Counted from the first letter of the whole stretch, positions 21,501 to 31,719 are shown. The stretch is DNA of 63,173 bases, filler included, from Stramenopiles sp. TOSAG23-3 (GCA_900128585.1; 5 parts of 5 records of this genome joined end to end with filler, not necessarily neighbours in it); one strand, 5' to 3'. Translations and numbers: made by a program. The notes: generated by a model from the letters alone, not told the origin.

Positions 21501-24500
21501 AATGGGGAGATGACAGAACCGATGTCCGGGCGTTGAGTGACCCCTTTTCACTCTCCCCGTCTGAATTAGATGGTCTTTTTGGTCACTGCTCTTCCTCCGA
21601 GTCCCCTGGCAAAATCAACTGGAAAGTGTTTGTAGAGGACATTTTAGGGGCAAAGGTTGCGAAAGCGAAGAAACCTATTTCTCCACGCGAAGAAAGGGCG
21701 ACCGACAAGCTAGAAAAACGGCTGCGAAAGATTTTGGACAAGGCGATTGCCAGCGGGTTAGACTTCAACGATATGTTCGATGAATTTGATGAGAACAAGG
21801 ACGGTAAGATCAGCTCCGATGAGTTTGCAAAAGCTTTGAAGAAGTTAGGTTTCCACGCAGAAAATGATGAAATGAACATTTTGATGTTGAGATTCGACGT
21901 AAACGAAGATAACACCATCACAATTTCTGAGTTCATAGACTTTGCGAAGGACGCGAAAGGTTCGCTTGCCAATAAGAAGCTTGTTGCAGTAGAAAAACGG
22001 CTCAAGAAAATCATCGACAAGGCTGAAGACAAGGGCATGTCTGTGCGTGACATTTTTAAACATTTTGACAAAAACGATGACGGAAAGATCACCAAGAACG
22101 AGTGGACAGACGCACTTGGAGAGCTAGGCATTGATGTCACCGACGCCGAGGCGGATCTTGTTCTAAATCATTTAGACAGCAACCACAATGGCAAGCTGAG
22201 CCTTAAGGAATTCGCCAGATTTGTCACCGGTAAGGATGAAAAGGAAAGCAGTGGTGCCGATGGCAGTAACCCGAAGATTCGTCAACTGGAGAAGCGACTC
22301 GTCGCAATATTCAAAAAAGCGGAAAAGAAGGGAATGGACGTGAAAGACGTATTCTCCCACTTTGATAAAGATGGGCGTGGCGAAGTAGACGATCGGGATT
22401 TCGAAGATGCATTGGAAGAATTGGGGTTTAGGGCCTCCCGATGGGAACTGGACACGTTGGTGAAGAAGTTTGATTCAAACGGTGACGGGTACGTAAGCAT
22501 TGCAGAATTTACAGACTTTGCTATGAATGCGGTTGATGGAAAAGTCAGTCTGAGCAAGAGCAAGAACGGTCGTGCCCCAGCCCGCCTCAAGAACACCTTG
22601 GTGAAGTGCAAAGATTGCCACGCAAAAGCAATCAGTGATGGCAGGGACATCAATGCAATGTTTCAGGCGTTTGACCGTGGAACTGGGTCCGTCACAAGGA
22701 CTGAATTCCGGTACGTATTGATGGAGATGGGCCTTTCGTTGCAAGACGAACAGTTAGCGGGAGAGGACGATGTTCGCGCGTCAACCATGAGGCGCCAAAT
22801 TGACCGCTTGGAAAAATGGCGCAAGAGAAACGGTGGCGATAGCAAACGGAATTCTCGTGCCAGTGAAGTAGTCGGCAAGGAGCACGCAAACAAATCTTTG
22901 TTTGCCCGTCACAGCGAAGATCTGGAACTGGTGCGTAGGTTCCGCGATAGCCGAAAGAAGGCGCTGGTTGGTCGGCTGCTAAGATCAAACATAAGCAACG
23001 AAGTCACGATTCATCCTTCGTTCGGCCGAACCCTCTTCTTCGAGTTCCCGTTGCGAAATCCGTACTCGCACGAAGAACGGTTCGTGATTGAATGCCCCGA
23101 CCCGGAGCTTCGTGTTGTTCTTGACGTGAACGCGTGGCGCCATTACCGACGTGTCTTGCAACCAGCTATTGGGACGCTCGGTGACCAAATCGAAGTTGAA
23201 ATGATCGATAGTGAGCTTCAACTGACCCTCGGACCGCAAGAAACCGTGCACATTCCATTCATGTTCATCAGCTTTGCTAGTGGCGCTGTAGCACAATCTA
23301 GGCCGCGGAAAGCCCGGTCCCACCGCATCAAAGACCAGGCGGGCGGTAAATCAGGAGAGGGAAAACGTGGCGAAGGCAAATCGGGTGACGATGAGGACGA
23401 CTTTGGAAGCAAGCAAGATGACGATTTTGATGGTGCCCATGGCGCCGCGGGTGGCCCCGGTACCACTATTCGTCGCCGAACGGTTCCAATCAGCTTCAAA
23501 AGTGCACATCATGGGCACATCGTCTCCCTCCTCCAGGTCAACATTAGGCCACGACCATTTTGTGTGGACAGGACCTTCCGCTTTCACCAAGCACAGAACG
23601 AGTTTCTCAAACGCTGCATTGCGATTCACCCGCGAAATTTTAACCCATACAGTGCTGCTCCTGCCTTGATGCCAAATATGAACGACATAGCAGATTCTAC
23701 CGTCGAAAATCCTGTTGGGCCCGGACGGTCGTCAACGATGCCAGCGAAATTCATCCACTGTCCAAGCAGCGATGTTGTCGTAGAATGGCGAGACCAAGCA
23801 GACCCAAGCAAACCGCAAGAGGTGTTCATTCGGTACCGGTGCGGCGAGTTCCCCTCCGTCGGCCAGTTCTTTATCATTGTTTACGCCGATCAGTACCACG
23901 CGGTGATCGATGAAATATGGCATGTTACTGTACAGTCTATGATGCGCGTAGATGTGCATGGGCTTGTCGGACAAGGAACCCCGGTAGAGCTTATGGTGAA
24001 GGGTGACAACTACTCGAGGCGCGTGAGGTGTTTCTCGACCCACCCTGGGGAAGTCAAGTTTACTCCGAATGTACCGTTTCAATTGGTTCCCGGGGCTTAC
24101 AACAAAGTCGAGTTGATGAACCGTCCTTTGCGGGTTGGGAACAAGAAGGTGCTTGTTCATATGGTCGATGTGGACACCCACGAGCTCGTCTGTGCCTGGC
24201 TAGCGACGGCCACCTCGACTGCTCCGATCGTAACAAAAACCTACGATGTCAGCATACCGGTCGGGCGTAGCGCCCATAAAAAGATTGCGTACATTAACCA
24301 ATGGGATCGCAACCGTACGTTTTCTCTGCGTACGAGCCATCCAAACATTATGAAGTGCAAAGAGCCGCAGCTAAGTGTGCGCAAGTTTGGGAAAGCTTTT
24401 ATTCGACTATGGTTTGCCCCCATAAGCGTTCCTGGAATCAGGGAATTCTTTGTGTTCGTTAACGATGAAAGTGACCAAAACGAAGAGTGCTTGTTGATCA

Positions 24501-24517
24501 AGGTACAGTTTTCTTGA
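18590..24517 (+). CDS. NPHP4: Nephrocystin-4 (ciliary transition zone) with an internal EF-hand array
   Basis: FFGNTY C2-like N-terminus, LRIGLHNG, QFAAF..VYFTFQFF..PTRTER, IEVWDGESL, FFEFPLRNPYSHE, VDRTFRF, Ig-like C-terminal region ending EECLLIKV; single exon. Confidence 0.92.
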   Translation: MSTQHALAGGKRGANALKKWMSHAHLVQIPIHDAVQGKEVTYFALHIHEVLNFKVPAPVQKTASPDDRYGVRVNLTFYGAKALSFFGNTYEGPMIFFDEPRPDTVEINEYLYFCSPISDKDCYGVIELQAIHENSKTGHKTAYAGGWSTIKLFSNLSDLVDVDEEDNLDEEVDELSLYQGSPRGLVSMSPEVIRKKSGWKQFRGRQLTYTLRTFNRLEKVSHLFKMHNIIGSMERVGGVESVEGPDGRDGPYLMNENDASAPANPELAIVMELEVKDIVVKIPKIVDQGIENALKKVKSRGKDGNRVERSLRIGLHNGHTLVEPQSSRGRRGRGDWKDGWSQVELSKSRKSPEGIYRADGVIIPHYCKDSSMALVVELVYSIGGGHEAVVATSMLVPFDGSRYLDGISTTTSRKKNGALIYSPMVRGSVISPNGFTGGVSASRAGPDGGTSLPLLTIGMVVDEPDDVLEEQRRKAKEKSKLRKEHESRLEEDESEVARRKKLESVEKKRKGSAKDGKGARAQKKKKKYSSDSDEENDSIFKKGKRGQKRSSRYGGSDAEKEDRTLQSKSNVLGGEAVVSGLPRGSNDVLMRSLLAQSLKQPLRKPGMNGVGEVTAATGAYYPGAAAVIGGQTPLATELTRASKTFLSRNGYTDVLSDSVSSAAAVRRVPLPSRRKIDLDVELSDPLAGHEVTFQFAAFRSVEGLNISQPRSVYFTFQFFNNLPTRTERMVLAANGDKFLNRRASGSMSLPQILLREDRHGRNVPSLAIKYNVDTSTIPGETRDFAEYLAMKTLFIEVWDGESLHQVGTIAVEMQQLLRQGEPVVKTALEYDVISSNIEGDSTSALPIIQARSVPAGRVAGRVQLLISNYGVPGAGPFTEVGASNAAMKGNAAPGRQFLSKSQGDRDWRVGARTGNDTVGNSAGSARHRARAVPLASTNPELKSILTSRVGRSLDVGSGERTTSVARRKKSKWGDDRTDVRALSDPFSLSPSELDGLFGHCSSSESPGKINWKVFVEDILGAKVAKAKKPISPREERATDKLEKRLRKILDKAIASGLDFNDMFDEFDENKDGKISSDEFAKALKKLGFHAENDEMNILMLRFDVNEDNTITISEFIDFAKDAKGSLANKKLVAVEKRLKKIIDKAEDKGMSVRDIFKHFDKNDDGKITKNEWTDALGELGIDVTDAEADLVLNHLDSNHNGKLSLKEFARFVTGKDEKESSGADGSNPKIRQLEKRLVAIFKKAEKKGMDVKDVFSHFDKDGRGEVDDRDFEDALEELGFRASRWELDTLVKKFDSNGDGYVSIAEFTDFAMNAVDGKVSLSKSKNGRAPARLKNTLVKCKDCHAKAISDGRDINAMFQAFDRGTGSVTRTEFRYVLMEMGLSLQDEQLAGEDDVRASTMRRQIDRLEKWRKRNGGDSKRNSRASEVVGKEHANKSLFARHSEDLELVRRFRDSRKKALVGRLLRSNISNEVTIHPSFGRTLFFEFPLRNPYSHEERFVIECPDPELRVVLDVNAWRHYRRVLQPAIGTLGDQIEVEMIDSELQLTLGPQETVHIPFMFISFASGAVAQSRPRKARSHRIKDQAGGKSGEGKRGEGKSGDDEDDFGSKQDDDFDGAHGAAGGPGTTIRRRTVPISFKSAHHGHIVSLLQVNIRPRPFCVDRTFRFHQAQNEFLKRCIAIHPRNFNPYSAAPALMPNMNDIADSTVENPVGPGRSSTMPAKFIHCPSSDVVVEWRDQADPSKPQEVFIRYRCGEFPSVGQFFIIVYADQYHAVIDEIWHVTVQSMMRVDVHGLVGQGTPVELMVKGDNYSRRVRCFSTHPGEVKFTPNVPFQLVPGAYNKVELMNRPLRVGNKKVLVHMVDVDTHELVCAWLATATSTAPIVTKTYDVSIPVGRSAHKKIAYINQWDRNRTFSLRTSHPNIMKCKEPQLSVRKFGKAFIRLWFAPISVPGIREFFVFVNDESDQNEECLLIKVQFS

Positions 24518-24926
24518 ATTGAGAAGATTCTCAGCATAATATTATTTTAGATATAGTAAGAAGAATAGCTTCGATAGGTATTAAAACTTTAATATTTAGT
24601 ATAAATATTCGTACTGTATACGATAGCACATAATCGAATTCGATACATTGTTCGATTTCTCGCACCATCATCACAACAAGTGAAAAAATACAATAATTAT
24701 TGTGGTAACTGAATACGCACTTCCTAGGCGTACGAGGATTATATATAATAATAATAATAATATTTTCTGGTTGTTGTTGATTATTGTGGGTAAGTAGTGT
24801 ATACGAATCTTCCGTATTGAATCGATACACAGAAAAAGTTGATGAAGAAAAAGGGTAGAAATGTTACGATTTATTGGCCATTGTCCTTAACAACTTCATT
24901 GAGAATTGTATTAACAAAGCCGAACT

Positions 24927-26456
24927 ATGCACCGTATCTGTTTAGCACTTTTCTTGGCCGCGGTCTCCGTTGGAACAGTGCTCGCTGCCAACGACCCGAT
25001 CGTCCTTTCCGCCTCGGTTTCCAAAGACGCGCAGCTAGTACTTTTCGTTCCAGGTGGGAAAGTCCCACCGGAGGACTATATTTCCCTCTTGAATGCTACT
25101 CAAAAAGCATCGAATGCCAATCTTTGGGCTGTCATCGTAAGGTGTGGTAAACTCAACTTGTGCAATCCACTTGGAGGATTGAACGGGGAAATCCAGGAGG
25201 CTCTTGACGCAGCAACCGCTGCAAACGGAGGGAATAAATTTTCTATTTCCAATACATTTATTGCTGGTCATTCACTCGGGGGAGTCGGGGCCAGGCACTA
25301 TGTCGACGAGAATAAACAGTCCAACTTTGCTGGACTTATGCTCTTTGGGACGCAGTACAATGGGGACAATGAAAACCTTTCGGGGACACTGGGGTACCCA
25401 CTAAACCTTCAACAGTTTAGGGTGCCGTTTTTGGCCTTGCTTGGAGAGCTGGACATGGTCCCAACCAGCCATGCTGCTATGCTTTATTCCCAGTGGACCC
25501 TCCTTTCGTCGGAAGAGCAGTCAAAAAAGCCTGTTGTGATTGTTCCTGGTATGGACCACTCCCAATTTTGCTCGCCGTTTAAAGTCGGTGGGGATTTGGC
25601 GCCAGAAATCACGAATGCAGCGGCAACGGAGATAAGCTCCGGCGTTATCGCAGCTTTCGTGGATGGTATCATCCTCGATGACAAGCAGGCAAAGGAGACT
25701 CTCATCGAGCAGGTCAACAAGGGTACAAGAAGTATTTCTCAAGCATGGCTTGAAGCGTCAAAGATGGAGAAATCCGAGTGGTGCGTTAGTGCCCAGCGGC
25801 TGATGGCATCATACCTCCCACAAAAGGTCCAGTCGCGTATCAAGAACATATCGGTATTGCTACGGGACTCTAACCCGTCCTTAGAGCATGGTCACACCAA
25901 CATTACCATAGACCCATCAGACGGTTCGTTGCATTTGCAAATCGTAGCAAAGGCGTCCTACGACAATAGCAGTTTTAATCCAGTATCCCGTTTTGCGCCA
26001 AATTATGCCTCTGCTAGTGATATTGCGTGCAAAATGTTGTCCGGCGATGAGATCGCTAAGGCCGCGGGGCTGAAACAAGGGGAATTCTGGCCGGCGAAAC
26101 ACCCCAACATTACATGCACTGCCATGAACGCGCATGCGTGGGACGTCGCTGTGTCTTTAGTTCAAAAGTACTGGCCAAAAGCGTACGAGCGCTGGCAAAG
26201 CCAAGGCAGAAAGATGGAATTTGATGCGGACCACACGACTATTGCTGGACCCCAGTGGGTGTTCTTTTCTTCTCTAACGTTCGATGACCAGCACACTATG
26301 ACGGACCGATCAAAACCTGTGAAGGTCTCGTCCAGTTCACTCTACTCTTCGTCTGACTCCAAGATCTTCCCAGGAAATTTTTACTGCAAATTCTTGTCAC
26401 CCGCAAAAGCCGTGGAATGGATTCAGACCATGGCGTTGACAGAACGGCTATCATAA
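24927..26456 (+). CDS. Secreted alpha/beta-hydrolase (lipase/esterase-like)
   Basis: Signal peptide MHRICLALFLAAVSVGTVLA; GHSLGG nucleophile elbow; candidate Asp (GELD) and His (GMDHSQF). Confidence 0.85.
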   Translation: MHRICLALFLAAVSVGTVLAANDPIVLSASVSKDAQLVLFVPGGKVPPEDYISLLNATQKASNANLWAVIVRCGKLNLCNPLGGLNGEIQEALDAATAANGGNKFSISNTFIAGHSLGGVGARHYVDENKQSNFAGLMLFGTQYNGDNENLSGTLGYPLNLQQFRVPFLALLGELDMVPTSHAAMLYSQWTLLSSEEQSKKPVVIVPGMDHSQFCSPFKVGGDLAPEITNAAATEISSGVIAAFVDGIILDDKQAKETLIEQVNKGTRSISQAWLEASKMEKSEWCVSAQRLMASYLPQKVQSRIKNISVLLRDSNPSLEHGHTNITIDPSDGSLHLQIVAKASYDNSSFNPVSRFAPNYASASDIACKMLSGDEIAKAAGLKQGEFWPAKHPNITCTAMNAHAWDVAVSLVQKYWPKAYERWQSQGRKMEFDADHTTIAGPQWVFFSSLTFDDQHTMTDRSKPVKVSSSSLYSSSDSKIFPGNFYCKFLSPAKAVEWIQTMALTERLS

Positions 26457-26570
26457 AACATTTTGAAAGAACACACATACACTGTATTTAATTACAAGAG
26501 TATATAAAAAGAAACTTTACACAGAACTTTTTAATAAACAAAAACTTGTCCCCGATATTTATAAGTAAGA

Positions 26571-26801
26571 TACTTCAAATAACAGCCAATTTTCTTGTTT
26601 TTAAGTATCATAGTATCATAGTATCATATATGCATACTTCGTAGTTAAAATTTATCGGTCTTCATATATGTTACTGCGAACTTATCTCTGCTCCTGAGAT
26701 TTTACCAAGATCAACATAAATAAACAAATTTATAATATATGATACCCTTATCATTTAGTCTTGACTATCATCTCATGTGTACTCCATGCATAATCCGAAT
26801 C
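26571..26801. repeat. Dispersed non-coding repeat, locus B
   Basis: TAACAGCCAATTTTCTTGTTTT at 26580; TACTGCGAACTTATCT at 26672-26687; 26755-26801 is an inverted match to 14664-14712. Confidence 0.85.
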
Positions 26802-26862
26802 GGCCGCTCACAGCTCAGCTCTCTCTCTAAGTTTCTAGATTTAATACGACGGCAATTTTTGG

Positions 26863-27768
26863 TTACCTCATCGTGTCGTATCCTACGAGAAAGATCGCAC
26901 CGAAAATGCTTCTTCCCAGCGTCAAGCCGAACCCACGCCACAATGCTCCAACTCCCTCCGCTTTTGCAACAGCTACCATTGCGTGCAGTGTGCCGCGGTA
27001 CTGGACTGGCATAACGGTCCCTTTAAACGACGCTATAGGAGATACTGCCGCCTGGGCGCGCACCGTCCCTGTCAATATGGGATAACTAAAAAACGCAGCG
27101 AGATTCGTCACTCCGAAGCCGAGCAAGAACTTGGCGAACAAGGAGCTATTAACCCAAGTTTTAGCCGTGTCGTATATACCAAAAAACAGCCCGTACTTAA
27201 CCAGAGCATGTGCACCCATGCCACTAACACCACGGTAAATACCCCCATTGGAGGAGAAAGGTGCGGAGAACACCCCTGACTGTTTCGCAATCTGAGACAA
27301 GACTTGTCGCCCATTTTGAAAGGGCGCACGGGGGCCAAGGGTGCCGCCGCCGAGGTCTAGTTGCAACCTTAGCGACGCCATCTGCAGCGGGTGCAATACA
27401 AAAAGAACCAATCCGCCGCTTATAGCGCCGGCGGCAACATTTTTCACCATAATCTCTGAAACGTGCATGTTTTGCGAAGTCCGGAACAGGCCAACGCTTC
27501 GCACCTGTTCTTTTGCAAGCATCGCCAAGGGTTTCTTGGCCCAGCTAGCAAGAAACCAAGGAGTCAGGCCACGCCAGACATGTTTTATTCCGCCTTGCTC
27601 GCCAGGCATTTGTCTTAAGCACGAAATTACATTACGGTACTCAAACCCTGGCATTGCGCCTTGTGCTTGTCGAATGTGCACAACCCTCCGAATAGGGTAG
27701 TCGAAAATACCACCAATGGGCGCGGCGACAAACGCCGCCAAGAAAGGGACGATGGAGCCCGGGTCCAT
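26863..27768 (-). CDS. Mitochondrial carrier (SLC25) protein, divergent ADP/ATP carrier paralog
   Basis: Three-repeat carrier fold with AAC-specific stretches YRNVISC..EQGG..WRG, LFFGIYDTAK, YRGTL..EGVGALWRG..GAIFLVGYD; the signature motifs are degenerate. Confidence 0.88.
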   Translation of the reverse strand: MDPGSIVPFLAAFVAAPIGGIFDYPIRRVVHIRQAQGAMPGFEYRNVISCLRQMPGEQGGIKHVWRGLTPWFLASWAKKPLAMLAKEQVRSVGLFRTSQNMHVSEIMVKNVAAGAISGGLVLFVLHPLQMASLRLQLDLGGGTLGPRAPFQNGRQVLSQIAKQSGVFSAPFSSNGGIYRGVSGMGAHALVKYGLFFGIYDTAKTWVNSSLFAKFLLGFGVTNLAAFFSYPILTGTVRAQAAVSPIASFKGTVMPVQYRGTLHAMVAVAKAEGVGALWRGFGLTLGRSIFGAIFLVGYDTMR

Positions 27769-28243
27769 ACTTCTGTATCAACCGGCGAACTAACTCTCTC
27801 TGTATTTTATTTACCCCAAAAAACAAAACCCCAAAACAAGAAAATCTACGTTAGAAGAAAGGTTTTAAACGCGGGCTATAACTGGACTTATACGCAAAGG
27901 TGTACATTCACATTCACATTTACAAAACAAACAAACAAAATGAAATAACGAACGTGTTTAAACAATCACACACACCACGGGGGTTACCCTTTCTCTCTCT
28001 GCTCCTCACACTCCTCCCCCCCCTCGCCCTTCTCCCTTTTAACCCTCTTCCTTCTCTTTATTCTTCAAATTAATAATATAATAATTTAAGATTAATTATA
28101 TTATTATTTAAAAAAAAAAAAAGAAAAAAATATTATAATAATTAGATGAATGATTGTTGAAGAAAAGAAGAAGAAGAAGAAGAAGAAGAAGAAGAAGAAG
28201 AAGAAAGAAGAAGAAGAAGAAGAAGAAGAAAGAAGAAGAAGAA

Positions 28244-28343
28244 NNNNNNNNNNNNNNNNNNNNNNNNNNNNNNNNNNNNNNNNNNNNTTAATTAATTAAN
28301 NNNNNNNNNNNNNNNNNNNNNNNNNNNNNNNNNNNNNNNNNNN
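28244..28343. other. Artificial contig-join linker N44-TTAATTAATTAA-N44
   Basis: Exactly 100 nt with a six-frame-stop 12-mer in the centre; identical structure occurs four times. Confidence 0.97.
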
Positions 28344-28492
28344 TCTCTTCTTCTTTCTTTAAAAAAATCTACGAGTAATAAATATGCATAATATAAATTG
28401 TACAAAAAAACAGGGGAGGGAACAAGTGAATTACATACAACACGTTTCGTATAATTTAGAAATTAGAAATAAAAAATTCTTTCTTCCCAATT

Positions 28493-30253
28493 TTAAAAAC
28501 ATATTATCATCAAAGTTTCAGTGGACATGGAAAAAAAAACAGCCACGAATTTCTCACGGCCAACCGCAAGGTATTTCAATGAAAACATGCTATTTGCGTT
28601 TGATGCGCTGCTACTCTCATCTGCGTTCGATCCTTCCTTTCGCGATGGCATGAACTTGTATGACTGGAAAGATCCCTGGTCTTCGTTGAATACGGCGATA
28701 TCGCCGCTACTTTCTTTCGCTGCAAAAATTCTCCCGCTGCTCATCAACGCCAAGCTGCAACGGTTCCATTGGGGCGGTTTCCCTGCCACCGAGCCGAGGC
28801 TATGCGATTTTAGGGTGTCTGGAAACAACTTCCAACGGGGACAAGCCTTAGATTCTTCTTCACCTCCAAAGCCAGACGGTTTATTGTACTGGGCATCAAC
28901 ATGAAACACGCAGACCCCCCCTGGGTTTTTTTCAACCCCCCGTATACATACCCCAGAGACTCCAATCCGCAGGCTCACGCGAACACAATGCCATGGGTCA
29001 TTGCTTTCTAGTTTTCTTCTTTTATTGCCGTTGCCCGCTGAACTATTCACGCTCAAAGGCACCCCACTCCCAAGCGAAGAGAGGTTGGAATTGTAGCCCT
29101 TGCCTTTTGCCGACGCTGTAAACAAGGAAAGCGCGGGGCGGGCGTCGATATGAGCGCACTCAAGAGGGATTTGGAGCAACATGGTAGCCGATTGGACATC
29201 CCAAAGATGAATTGTGCCACTCGAACCGGAAGTTTCCGGTCCACAGATTTGGTTTTGTACCGAAAGAGTCCCTACGACCAGTCGCCGCACACCACTATCA
29301 AGGTCGACCCAATGAAATTGACTATCTTTAACAGTGCAAGTGTAATGTTCCTTCGGCAGTATTTCGGGCGTCTCAAAACATATAAATGGTTCAAGATCCT
29401 TGCCACTGTCCACTACGCCGCTCTCCCGGTAAAATGTGCTGATGGGGCACACCGGCCTGGACTCGCGCCAACTGCCCATCGTCTCTTTGCCGTTTTGCCC
29501 CTTCAAAGGTTTGCAAAAATGGACGATGTTGTGAACCGCCACAACTTGAGTCCTGCCGTTCACGTCGCATGTGATGGCGGCATCGGCAAGGGGGTCTTTC
29601 CTCATGTCATGGGAACATTCACCCGTGCGTACCTTGTGCGAGGAACTATCTCTCGGTTTCCACTGGAAAAATATTTTTTGGGGATCGTCGAGCATGGTGG
29701 CTCCCGCGGCTGATAGCCTCTCGGGTTTGTTCAAATTAGGCACCACCATCTGCAAGGCAAACTCGCACGCGCCATATAAAAATGCTACAATTTCGCTACT
29801 ATTTGGCACTGGCTGGAAAGTAAGAAACAATTTGTTGCCCCCCGTCGTTTTGCAACCCCCCCGGGCGGCTTCTATTAGGCCTCCATTTCCGCGATATACC
29901 CCAACGCATTTCCACGAACTAAATGCAGCCGAGGACGGAGCAGGATCGATTTCTGTGTACTTTATTGGGTCTGACGTCGGGGGAAAGGGCTTTTTCCAAA
30001 TCGCTAAGTTTAACTTGTTGCTTGATGTATGAACCGTAACAACGTAGCAGCTGCAGGTGCCTCCTGGGTCACAGCACAGGTGTAACTCCGCCACAGGCCC
30101 AAATTCACCAACCAAAGCATGGTAGTCTATTCTAGACGGAACGATGTGCCCACTCGAACATTCCACATCAGCCCCCACGCCTTGAACTGGGTGCAAGCGC
30201 TTCTTCGTGTTACGCGAGTCACGGATGCGAGTTGCCAGGCTGTGCAAGTAGTT
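28493..30253 (-). CDS. Uncharacterised protein, 5' end lost in the N gap 30254-30324
   Basis: About 586 open codons with gene-like GC content; NLS-like NKRRKL; no family recognised. Confidence 0.7.
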   Translation of the reverse strand, partial: NYLHSLATRIRDSRNTKKRLHPVQGVGADVECSSGHIVPSRIDYHALVGEFGPVAELHLCCDPGGTCSCYVVTVHTSSNKLNLAIWKKPFPPTSDPIKYTEIDPAPSSAAFSSWKCVGVYRGNGGLIEAARGGCKTTGGNKLFLTFQPVPNSSEIVAFLYGACEFALQMVVPNLNKPERLSAAGATMLDDPQKIFFQWKPRDSSSHKVRTGECSHDMRKDPLADAAITCDVNGRTQVVAVHNIVHFCKPLKGQNGKETMGSWRESRPVCPISTFYRESGVVDSGKDLEPFICFETPEILPKEHYTCTVKDSQFHWVDLDSGVRRLVVGTLSVQNQICGPETSGSSGTIHLWDVQSATMLLQIPLECAHIDARPALSLFTASAKGKGYNSNLSSLGSGVPLSVNSSAGNGNKRRKLESNDPWHCVRVSLRIGVSGVCIRGVEKNPGGVCVFHVDAQYNKPSGFGGEEESKACPRWKLFPDTLKSHSLGSVAGKPPQWNRCSLALMSSGRIFAAKESSGDIAVFNEDQGSFQSYKFMPSRKEGSNADESSSASNANSMFSLKYLAVGREKFVAVFFSMSTETLMIICF

Positions 30254-30944
30254 NNNNNNNNNNNNNNNNNNNNNNNNNNNNNNNNNNNNNNNNNNNNNNN
30301 NNNNNNNNNNNNNNNNNNNNNNNNAGAATAATACACACACACACACAAATGTATTAAATTTCAAATCTCAACCAAAAACAACAGAAGAAGAATTTCAAAG
30401 AGAAGAAGAAGGAAGAGAGGAGGAGAGAGATAATCTCAAACTGTAGAAGAAGACACACACACAACAAAAAGAATCATCTTCACTCATCATCTCATCCTCC
30501 TCCTCCTCCTCCTCCCCTTAAAACTTAAAATACCCTTAATTAAAAAATTAAAGAATTCGACTATAAACCCTATTCTTAACTTGATATTAATTTTGGGTCA
30601 CGTAAAACCGTTGAAAGATGAAAGAGAAGAAGAAGGGATTTCCTCTTTTTCTGTGAAGGAGGGAGATCTTTTTTATTTGACTCTATGCTATTTGTATATC
30701 GATTTATCCGCTATGCGCTTTGCTCTTCGCTATTTAAGCAAGCGTAGAATGAAGTGTCTTCTAATGTAATATTATTAATTACACGAATTGTCTCTTTTCT
30801 TTAGCTAGGGTAGTATTTGCTTTATTATTACGTATTATTTATATTTAATTTTTTATAGGAAAGTAGAATGGAGGATATGGTGAAATTAAATTTATTTTGG
30901 AAGGTTTACGTTGGTTCGAATAACAAGATAGCATAGCATTACAG

Positions 30945-31009
30945 AAGAAAGGAAGGAAGGAAGGAAGGAAGGAAGGAAGGAAGGAAGGAAGAAAAAAAGA
31001 AATCTAAAA

Positions 31010-31065
<56 letters not shown>
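30945..31065. repeat. Compound (GAAG)n/(GAAA)n microsatellite
   Basis: Seen directly. Confidence 0.95.
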
Positions 31066-31719
31066 GAATCTGGATAGATAGCAAAGAGTATAATTAATAG
31101 TATTAATCTATATATACTTATAGATTATATAGACTATATAATAATCAGCCTATCAGACATTTTATTCCGGTCGGTTGCTTCGATTTGATTTTGTACTTAA
31201 CTGTATAGTCTGTCTAGGATTACCGAAGAAGTACGAGTAGAAAAGAGACTTAAATAGCGAAAAAAATAAAATATAAAAATTAGAAGATTATAATTATAAT
31301 TATAATGAATGATGAAGAAAGAACGAATGAATGAATGAATGAAACGGCTTTCTTCTTCTTTTCTTTTTTATATAAAAATAATAAATAAAAAAAACAACGA
31401 ATAACATATGAATAGTAAGGAGAAGAATATCATCGTCCTCAAAAAAGCATCATTCATCATCATCAAACAAAAAAACAAAGCACAACAAAAGAAGAAGAGA
31501 GTAGTAGAAGAAGAAGAGAAAAACCACCACCGATATGATTTGTAATCAATTTTATATTTTATGTACACGTACGAACAAAATCGAAAAGGAGAAACAATTG
31601 GAATCATAATTTCAGACAGTTGTTTGAATTAATCGAAACGAAACGGAAACTAACCAAATAATCGTCGCGATTGCTATATCAAATAATACGAACCTTCTTC
31701 TTGTTTGTTCCGGCTAGCT

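Noticed and set aside
26863..26870. Possible AG|GTAACC splice donor at the carrier stop codon
   Set aside because: The protein already ends where AACs end (YD..K/R), and no convincing downstream exon was found.
28288..28299. Palindromic TTAATTAATTAA as a biological site
   Set aside because: Always centred in N44 flanks; it is an artificial six-frame-stop linker.
30254..30364. N-terminus MKFNTFVCVCVLF of ORF 28493..30364
   Set aside because: It reads through an N gap into a (CA)n non-coding stretch; the real start is unresolved.
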